This document shows positions 57,596 to 64,000 of a stretch of 64,000 nucleotides of DNA, piece by piece (positions within the stretch are counted from its first letter, which is position 1; every line of letters begins with the position of its first letter). Both the position numbers and the translations under genes were made by a program. This DNA comes from an uncultured Nitrososphaerota archaeon (GTDB taxonomy: Archaea > Korarchaeota > Korarchaeia > Korarchaeales > Korarchaeaceae): NCBI GenBank assembly GCA_964594835.1, contig CAZQNA010000004.1, forward strand, positions 106,450-170,449. The letters run 5' to 3'. A model generated the notes under the pieces. The model had not been told where the DNA came from, ran no database searches, and saw nothing but the letters and a program-made list of their open reading frames with translations.

Positions 57596-57704
57596 GGCCG
57601 GTCGCGCGGCCGGCGCGCCCAACGATAAAAGCCGGGGGGTCGGCCGCGACGGCGCGAGTCGGTTATATACTTCCCAGGACCCGGATGTCCACGGAGGCAG
57701 GCCC

Positions 57705-58661
57705 TTGAACGCGAGGCGAGGATCCGGGGGTGCGGAGATAACCAGGCTGGAGCTCGAGGAGTTCCTCCTCAGCGTGCTCTCCGATCAGGGCCCCTGGATC
57801 CTGGATCCCCACGAGCTGTCGACCTTCAGGTTCCAGAGGGGGCTGAGGCCCGGCGAGCTCATCGTGGGGCTCCTGATCGCGGTGGGAGACGGCCAGCCCG
57901 ACGTAGGCTCCGGGGGGAGGGTGGCCCCCCTGATCTTCTACAGGGAGGAGGACTCCTGGTACGTCTCGGCCGGCTTCGAGCCCCTCCACGGTTGGGCGGG
58001 CTACTACCTGGCTAGGAGGGTGTCCGACTCCCCCGAGCTGATGCTGTTCCCCAGCGAGGTCCTCCGCGACATAGCCGAGAGGGCCAGGTGGCTCCCGACC
58101 ACGGGTGCCAGCGTGGAGGACCCCGAGCTCTTCGAGATGGAGCTCTCGAGGTTCGAGGAGGCGGACTCCAGGTGGGCTAGGGCCGTCCTCCGGAGGATCG
58201 TCGAGCTGGGGGCGGTCAGGGACGAGGGCGTCAGGGTCGACGGTAGGGTCTCCTTGGTGCTCGGAAGGTGGTCCGCCGACGAGTTCAGGAGGGGCTACGG
58301 CCTCTCCACAGAGTTCACAGACAGGGTGGAGGTGGCCGCCAGGAGGGGGGCCGGCGGGGGCGACGTCTCCGGGGTGTCTGAGTTCGTCCTCGTCGGCGAG
58401 CTCTCGTTCGAGGCCAGCTGGGGGAGCGACAGGGCGGCGGTCTCGGCGGACGCCTCCCTCAAGGGCGTCGGCTTCGAGCTGAGGGGAGGAGGGCCCGGCC
58501 AGCCGAGGATGGTGGAGAGGAGGGTCCCCCTCGGCAGGGTGAGCCTCTCCATGCCCCCGTCCCCGGGCGAGGACCTCGGCGGGTGGCTCGCGGAGCTGAA
58601 GAGGGCGATCAGACGCATCCTGGTCGCTTCCCTGGAGAGCGACATCGCCCCGACCGCCTGA
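57705..58661 (+). CDS. hypothetical protein
   Basis: TTATATA box at about 57663, GGAGG before TTG 57705, host-like codon usage; no family recognised. Confidence 0.65.
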   Translation: MNARRGSGGAEITRLELEEFLLSVLSDQGPWILDPHELSTFRFQRGLRPGELIVGLLIAVGDGQPDVGSGGRVAPLIFYREEDSWYVSAGFEPLHGWAGYYLARRVSDSPELMLFPSEVLRDIAERARWLPTTGASVEDPELFEMELSRFEEADSRWARAVLRRIVELGAVRDEGVRVDGRVSLVLGRWSADEFRRGYGLSTEFTDRVEVAARRGAGGGDVSGVSEFVLVGELSFEASWGSDRAAVSADASLKGVGFELRGGGPGQPRMVERRVPLGRVSLSMPPSPGEDLGGWLAELKRAIRRILVASLESDIAPTA

Positions 58662-58909
58662 AAACGATAGAAGGGCCGGCCAAAACGTGACTCGATTTGG
58701 CTGGAGCGGTCCCGAAGGGTCCCATCTCGGGGGGAGGGGGGAGGGGGGTCCCCCCCTCGTCAATACGGTCTCGTTGGAAATCCATTTTGGCGAGAAAAGA
58801 CAGCATTTGACCGCTCCGTTCAGCGTGTGGCTCGGCCAGGCGCAGCGGGATCAAGTTTTTATTGCCCTGCTCCGGCGCCTCCACGTGCGGACGACGGAGG
58901 TGATGCCCC

Positions 58910-59296
58910 ATGCCCGAGGCCTTTGAGTTCCACGTGATCGGTGAGCTCAGGGGGGTGGAGGAGAGCTACCTCACGGACGAGGCTTTCGTGAGGGACGCGC
59001 TCGTTCGCTCGGTGGTCGAGGCGGGCCTGACGCTCTTCGACGTCTACGTCCACCGCAGGGGCGAGGGGGTCATCGGCGTGGCGGTCATAGGCGAGAGCCA
59101 CGTGGCCGTCCACACCTGGCCGGGGCACGGGCTCGTGACGGTGGAGGTCTCCTCCTGCAAGGACCCGGAGAGCACCTGGGAGGTCTTCGCCCTGCTCAGA
59201 GAGGCCTTCGGGGCCGAGTCCTACAGCGCGGTGGACCTGAGGAGCGGGATAGCCCTCATGGAGAGCCTGAAGGGCGCGGCGGGCGCGGTCGGCTGA
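58910..59296 (+). CDS. speD: pyruvoyl-dependent S-adenosylmethionine (or arginine) decarboxylase proenzyme
   Basis: HVIGEL, GVIGVAVIGESHVAVHTWP, SSC; the self-cleavage motif is intact. Confidence 0.85.
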   Translation: MPEAFEFHVIGELRGVEESYLTDEAFVRDALVRSVVEAGLTLFDVYVHRRGEGVIGVAVIGESHVAVHTWPGHGLVTVEVSSCKDPESTWEVFALLREAFGAESYSAVDLRSGIALMESLKGAAGAVG

Positions 59297-59365
59297 GCCC
59301 GACCGCCCTGAGGGGCCGGTCGGTCCCCCATGATTTGAGCCCCATCCCCCAGCACAGCTGGCTAG

Positions 59366-60193
59366 CTAGCTCTTGGGGGAGAACCTGATTATCCCCAGGC
59401 CGTTCTGCCTGTGAGCCCCGACCCCGACGAGCTCACCCAGCCTCATGAGCCTCCCGGCCCAGGTGGCCATCTCCTCGTGCTGCTTCGGGGACCAGTTGGG
59501 GTGCATTATGCACTTGTAGTGGGCCCACCCGACGAAGCCCACGACGTTCTCTCCCCCCACCTCTATGGGCCTCGACGTGCACAGCTCGTGCCCGGTCTCC
59601 ACCACGCTGAGCCTCGCCCAGGAGACTATGTCCCTCATCCTCGGGCCGTCCCCCCTGAGCCTGTTCCAGCTGCTCGCCAGGCTGTGGATCAGCATGGAGG
59701 GCAGGGGGAAGAGCCTGCAGTACGGCGTGGACTGCCTCCTGAACAGGGTGGGGGTGAGGAAGTTGACCCTGAAGGCCTTGACGGGCTCGTCGACGAGTAT
59801 CTCGTCCCAGTCGAGCCTATCGGCCTCCACGGAGATGACCTCGAACTCCATCCCGGAGAGCCTCACCCTCGGGCTCCTGGCGGCCCAGTTCCGGATTATC
59901 GTGGAGGCCGCGTCGCTGAACGTCACGACCCTGGCCCTGTAGGTGGCCCCCCTGGAGATCCCCACGGCCCTCTCGCTGCACTCCACCAGCGGCCTGGCGC
60001 CCGTGTACAGGGGGGAGGCTATCACCTGCCCCCGCGGCCCTGCCATCCTGATGGCCCTGGCGGTCAGCGGGTCGGCGGAGGACATGGCCCTGAGGACGGC
60101 CCTCCTGAGCGGCTCACCCGTCGCGGTCAGCTCTCCGTCCTCGTGGGCTGTTAGCTCCAGAAAGATCGTCCATATTGGTGGGGGTTGCACCAA
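59366..60193 (-). CDS. cas6: Cas6-family (RAMP) endoribonuclease, orphan
   Basis: VNFLTPTLFR, LFPLPSMLIHSL..W, GFVGW, C-terminal G-rich loop GVGAHRQNGLG. Confidence 0.85.
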   Translation of the reverse strand: MVQPPPIWTIFLELTAHEDGELTATGEPLRRAVLRAMSSADPLTARAIRMAGPRGQVIASPLYTGARPLVECSERAVGISRGATYRARVVTFSDAASTIIRNWAARSPRVRLSGMEFEVISVEADRLDWDEILVDEPVKAFRVNFLTPTLFRRQSTPYCRLFPLPSMLIHSLASSWNRLRGDGPRMRDIVSWARLSVVETGHELCTSRPIEVGGENVVGFVGWAHYKCIMHPNWSPKQHEEMATWAGRLMRLGELVGVGAHRQNGLGIIRFSPKS

Positions 60194-60260
60194 ATTAGTT
60201 CACCCTCCAGATCAGGCGCCGGACGGGCCTTTCCATTAATCTTTTATCACCCTCCTCCCG

Positions 60261-60863
60261 TTGAGGAGCGTGCGACGAGGCGTCCCCGGGGCCTACAGGT
60301 ACGTCATGCTGGTCGGCCTTCCGGGCTGCGGGAAGAGCGCCGTGGCCTCCATTCTGAGGGAGGAGCTCGGCTACGAGGTCATAGACATGAGCGACCTCGT
60401 GAAGGAGGAGGCCAGGAAGAGGGGGCTGGGGGTCGACAGGGAGAGCCTCAGGAAGACCGGTGAGGCCCTGAGGCGTGAGATGGGCCCCTCTGCCGTCGCC
60501 AAGCTCGTCCTCAGGAGGGTTGATGAGCTCGAGGCCCAGGCCCCCAGGCCGGGCTACGTGATCTCGGGGATCAGGAACCAGGAGGAGGTCGACGAGGTCA
60601 AGGCCCGATTCAGGGACGAGGCCGTCTGCGTGGCCATACACGCGCCCAAGAGGCTCAGGTACCTGAGGATGCTCAGGAGGGGGAGGAGGGGGTTCGACGC
60701 CCCCACCATGGAGGAGATGGAGAGGCAGGACAGGAGGGAGGTGGAGCTCTTCCGGATGGGGGAGCCCTTCATCCTGGCCGACGAGCTGATAGTGAACTCC
60801 GGCTCCCTGGAGGAGCTCAGGTCCAGGGCCTTGGCCGTGGTCCTCAGGATCCCGTCCGCCTGA
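60261..60863 (+). CDS. UPF0200 / dephospho-CoA kinase-like nucleotide kinase
   Basis: GLPGCGKS, MSDLVKEEA, LRREMG..AVA, GIRN..EV, ADELIVN. Confidence 0.85.
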   Translation: MRSVRRGVPGAYRYVMLVGLPGCGKSAVASILREELGYEVIDMSDLVKEEARKRGLGVDRESLRKTGEALRREMGPSAVAKLVLRRVDELEAQAPRPGYVISGIRNQEEVDEVKARFRDEAVCVAIHAPKRLRYLRMLRRGRRGFDAPTMEEMERQDRREVELFRMGEPFILADELIVNSGSLEELRSRALAVVLRIPSA

Positions 60864-60883
60864 GCCTTCGCCAGTAGGCGGGG

Positions 60884-61975
60884 TCAGCTGACGGACCTCC
60901 ACCTCAGGCCGAGTCTCTCGGCCTCGGCCCTCGCCCTGGCCACCTCGTCGCGGCTCGGCCTTCTGGCTATCTCGGGGAACCTGCTGGCCCTGTACTCCGG
61001 CCTGTACTGCTCCATGACGTTTACCAGCGCCCCCGGGGTGTTCTCGGCTATCCACCTGAGGATGGGCAGGGTGCAGCACTCCACGTGCCCCGGCATGACA
61101 AGGTGGCGGATCACCATCTCGGGCCAGTAGCCGTACGCCACCCTGAGGTTCCTCGTGACGACCTCCCTGTACCTGGGGGCCGAGCTGTACCTGACAGCGT
61201 GCGAGTCGTCCCAGTACTTGAAGTCAGGAAGCCAGAGGTCCACCACCCCCAGGAGGAGCTCCGCGGCCCTCTCGCCCATGTACATGTTGGAGTTCCAGAC
61301 GACGGGCACGCTCACCCTGGTGAGGGAGAGGGCCTCCAGTATCCAGGGCAGGTTCGGCGTGGGCTCTCCCCCCACGAGGTTCACGTTCCTCGCGTCCCTG
61401 GCCCGGAGCGCCTCGAAGAGGGAGGCAAGGTAGGCCGGGTCGGCCGGCCTCCCGGAGGCGGGCTCCTGGGAGATGTCCCAGTTCTGACAGAAGACGCACC
61501 TGAGGTTGCAGCCGGCGAAGAAGACTGTCCCGGAGGGGGTTATGGGGGGCTCCTCCCCCATGTGTATGAAGGCCGAGGCCACCCTCGGCAGGGGGCCGAC
61601 GCCGCACACCCCGACGGCCCCCGACAGCCTGTCCACCCCGCAGGCCCTCTCGCAGAGCTCGCAGGGGCTCAGGAGCCTCCTGGCAAGTCTGACCTTCAGG
61701 TCCAGGAGGCTGAACTCCGGCCTCTCCGGGGGCTCGGAGCCCGAGTCCACCTCCCTGATCAGGTCCCTCAGCTCCCCCAGGAGGGCCCGGTGCTCCGACC
61801 AGGCGTCACCCTCGGAGAGGCCCGCGGGGGCCCTCAGCCTGGATGCGAGGACGAACTGGGCCGGAATCTCCCCCCTGGCGGCCCTCACGTACCTGGGCAG
61901 CGCCTCGAGGATCTCCCGATCGCGGAAGGCCATCGCCGCGTCCGGTCGGATCACCCACCAGCTGGCGACCTCCAA
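60884..61975 (-). CDS. PflX-type radical SAM protein
   Basis: CELCERAC, HMGEE, GCNLRCVFCQN, VGGEPTP, WNSNMY, PDFKY, IRHLVMPGH. Confidence 0.92.
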   Translation of the reverse strand: MEVASWWVIRPDAAMAFRDREILEALPRYVRAARGEIPAQFVLASRLRAPAGLSEGDAWSEHRALLGELRDLIREVDSGSEPPERPEFSLLDLKVRLARRLLSPCELCERACGVDRLSGAVGVCGVGPLPRVASAFIHMGEEPPITPSGTVFFAGCNLRCVFCQNWDISQEPASGRPADPAYLASLFEALRARDARNVNLVGGEPTPNLPWILEALSLTRVSVPVVWNSNMYMGERAAELLLGVVDLWLPDFKYWDDSHAVRYSSAPRYREVVTRNLRVAYGYWPEMVIRHLVMPGHVECCTLPILRWIAENTPGALVNVMEQYRPEYRASRFPEIARRPSRDEVARARAEAERLGLRWRSVS

Positions 61976-61984
61976 TCAGACACC

Positions 61985-62226
61985 CTGCCCCCGAGCCTGC
62001 GAGGATCGGTTCCGAAACCCAGGGGGTGCCGGGGGATTCCCCCCGGGCGGACGACGGAGGCGACCCCCCGGAGGGCCGCCGGCGGCCCCTCTGTGAGGGC
62101 CGTGTCCCGTGCGGGGTTACCCCGCAGAGGGGGGGCCAATTCGGGGCCCCCTTACACCCCCGAGGGGGCAGCGTGCGCTGGCCGCCCCGGTGGGGCTGCG
62201 GGCCCTGCCGACCGCCGACGGCCCGC
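61985..62226 (-). ncRNA. candidate structured RNA or long 5' leader of pflX (family unknown)
   Basis: about eight adjacent stem-loops starting about 23 nt downstream of a TTTATTA box (62255-62249). Confidence 0.4.
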
Positions 62227-62329
62227 TTGTATATGGGGCCGAGGGGGGTAATAAAGGCTCCGGGGGGTCTCGAGAGGGTGGGTTAATTCTTTTTGCGACC
62301 CGGCCAGGCCTGGACCCGGGGCCCCGACC

Positions 62330-63292
62330 TTGGAGGTCGACAGGGTGAGGTTCGGTCCCGCCGGGTTCCCGCTGGACGCCAGCAGGCAGGAGGCCTTCGA
62401 GCACCTCGAGAGGCTCGGGCTGGACGCCATGGAGTACCAGGCCGTGCGCTCCGTCCCCAAGAAGGAGGAGACCCTCAGGGCCATCGGGGAGGGGGCGAGG
62501 GAGCACGGGGTCCTGCTCACCCTCCACGCGCCCTACGCCCTGAACCTGGCGGCTGAGGACGAGAAGAAGAGGGAGGGGAGCATCGAGAGGCTCTTCAGGG
62601 CCTGCTGGGCGGCCCACGTCATGGGCGCCGGGCACGTCACCTTTCACCCGGGCTACTACGGAGGATTGGACCCCTCTGAGGCCCTGGAGAGGACCGTGGA
62701 CGCGATAGAGCGCGTCGTCGAGATGATGAGGGATGCTGACTTCTTCGTCGAGCTGGGCCCCGAGACCACGGGCAAGCCGTCTCAGGTGGGCTCCCTGGAC
62801 GAGGTCATAGACCTGGCCCGGCGGTTCGACGAGGTCTGGCCGACCGTGGACTTCGCCCACCTCCACGCCCGGGAGGGCGGCTCGATCAGGGGGAGGGGCG
62901 ACTACGCCCGAATACTGGACCGCCTGGAGGACGGGCTGGGCACGCTCGACGGCCTCGTGATCCACTTCTCTGAGATAGAGATGACCAAGTCTGGGATCGG
63001 CGAGAAGATGCACCACGACCTGGGCTCGGGCTACGGCCCCGAGTTTGAGCCCCTGGCGATGGAGATGGCGGAGAGGGGCGTCAAGTGGGTCGTGATATGC
63101 GAGACCCCCCTCCTGGAGAGGGACGCCGTCAAGATGAAGGAGATCTACGAGAGGGTGGCGGGCGTCCGGGGGAGGGGAACGAAGGCCAAGGCCAAGGCCA
63201 AGGCCAAGGCCAAGGCCAAGGCGAGGGCAAAGGCCGGAGGAGGCCGAAGGAGGGGGGCTGGGGCCGGAAGGAGGCGGGGCAGACGCCGCTGA
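62330..63292 (+). CDS. nfo: endonuclease IV (AP endonuclease) with a basic C-terminal tail
   Basis: RFGPAG, LHAPYALNL, FHPGYY, GPETTGK..QVGS, DFAHLHAR, HFSEIE..GEKMH, ICETP. Confidence 0.9.
   Translation: MEVDRVRFGPAGFPLDASRQEAFEHLERLGLDAMEYQAVRSVPKKEETLRAIGEGAREHGVLLTLHAPYALNLAAEDEKKREGSIERLFRACWAAHVMGAGHVTFHPGYYGGLDPSEALERTVDAIERVVEMMRDADFFVELGPETTGKPSQVGSLDEVIDLARRFDEVWPTVDFAHLHAREGGSIRGRGDYARILDRLEDGLGTLDGLVIHFSEIEMTKSGIGEKMHHDLGSGYGPEFEPLAMEMAERGVKWVVICETPLLERDAVKMKEIYERVAGVRGRGTKAKAKAKAKAKAKARAKAGGGRRRGAGAGRRRGRRR
63182..63235 (+). repeat. (AAGGCC)x6 in-frame microsatellite plus three further units, two of them degenerate
   Basis: six exact hexamers at 63182-63217, then AAGGCG AGGGCA AAGGCC; encodes KAKAKAKAKAKAKARAKA. 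Confidence 0.92.
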
Positions 63293-63316
63293 CCCGCGCG
63301 CCCGGCCCGGGGCCCG

Positions 63317-64000
63317 TCACATCCTGCCAGCCGCCCTGAAGTACGCGAGCGGACCGATCACCCCGATCGGCGCGGCTAGGATGGCGCTCTGGGGCACGGG
63401 GATCAGGCTCACGAGCCATACGTAGCTGGCGGATGCTGCGACGAGGAGCGAGACCGTGAGCGCCCTGGCCCTCCTCAGCCCCAGGACCTGCGTGGTGTTC
63501 CTGACCCCCGCGAGCCGGTCCACCTCGAAGTCCCTGATCTGCTGAGATAGCTGGCTTGCCATGGAGAACAGGGCGACCATCACGGCCATGGCTAGGAGGG
63601 TTGCGTCCGGGGGCCTGAACGCCAGGTAGGTCACCGTGAGCTGGGGCACCCCAAGGGTGGCGGCGTGGGAGAGCAGGTCCAGGACCGGGACGGCCTTGAG
63701 CCTGATCCTGCGCCAGGAGTAGGCGGCTGAGTTGGCCGAGAAGAGCGAGCCGGACAGCAGGGACTCCAGGCTGAGGGCAGCCATCAGGGCCAGGCCCGCC
63801 GCCAGGAAGGCCAGGCTGATCGCGTATCCCGCCCTCCTGCCTATCAGGCCGGCCGACACGGGGTTCCTCGCGCCCTTCACCGGGTCGAGGGCGTCGTCCT
63901 CAGCGTCCTCCACGTCGTTGAAGGAGTAGGCGAAGGCGGTGTAGAGGAGGTTGGCAGCGTAGGCGAGGAGGGCCCTGACGCTCAGGAGGAGGCCCGGGGC
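63317..64000 (-). CDS. UbiA-family prenyltransferase (5' end outside the window)
   Basis: FNDVEDAEDD..RNP and QIRDFEVD..GVRNT Asp-rich motifs, TM helices. Confidence 0.88.
   Translation of the reverse strand, partial: APGLLLSVRALLAYAANLLYTAFAYSFNDVEDAEDDALDPVKGARNPVSAGLIGRRAGYAISLAFLAAGLALMAALSLESLLSGSLFSANSAAYSWRRIRLKAVPVLDLLSHAATLGVPQLTVTYLAFRPPDATLLAMAVMVALFSMASQLSQQIRDFEVDRLAGVRNTTQVLGLRRARALTVSLLVAASASYVWLVSLIPVPQSAILAAPIGVIGPLAYFRAAGRM

Noticed and set aside
58729-58785. ORB element with G-string (replication origin)
   Set aside because: A single weak match (TTTCCAACGAGAC on the minus strand), not repeated, with no canonical cdc6 nearby.
61976-62260. RNase P RNA or SRP RNA
   Set aside because: GAGGATCGGTTCC only loosely resembles GAGGAAGUUCC; the other RNase P conserved regions and the SRP helix-8 motif (CAGG..GGAA..AGCAG) were not found on either strand.

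Overview
A gene-dense, GC-rich archaeal chromosome segment of mostly core genes. An HMf-type histone, ribosomal proteins eS25 and uL16/L10e, Rpo11, TFS, Csl4, AglB, tetraether synthase, BpsA and a stand-alone EF-2 point to a (hyper)thermophilic TACK-type archaeon, possibly Korarchaeia; this assignment is inference. About 65 CDS and one tRNA-Asn(GTT) are supported. No rRNA, CRISPR array, integrase or transposase was seen. The only accessory-looking piece is a lower-GC DUF433/PIN toxin-antitoxin pair at about 46.7-47.5 kb. Main leads: (1) a catalytically dead AdoMet-decarboxylase paralog translationally coupled to the branched-chain polyamine synthase bpsA, with an intact paralog elsewhere in the window; (2) an orphan cas6 among housekeeping genes; (3) a ~250-nt chain of hairpins starting just downstream of a TATA box, upstream of pflX; (4) an apparent UppP(BacA)-DedA fusion; (5) a tandem DUF62 pair with altered active sites, a poly-G frameshift and a 48-bp identical tract; (6) near-identical DNA tracts between the two CDC48 ATPase domains; (7) a ~570-bp lower-GC, palindrome-rich non-coding region upstream of the histone gene. 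All family calls come from motif recognition by eye; no database searches were run.
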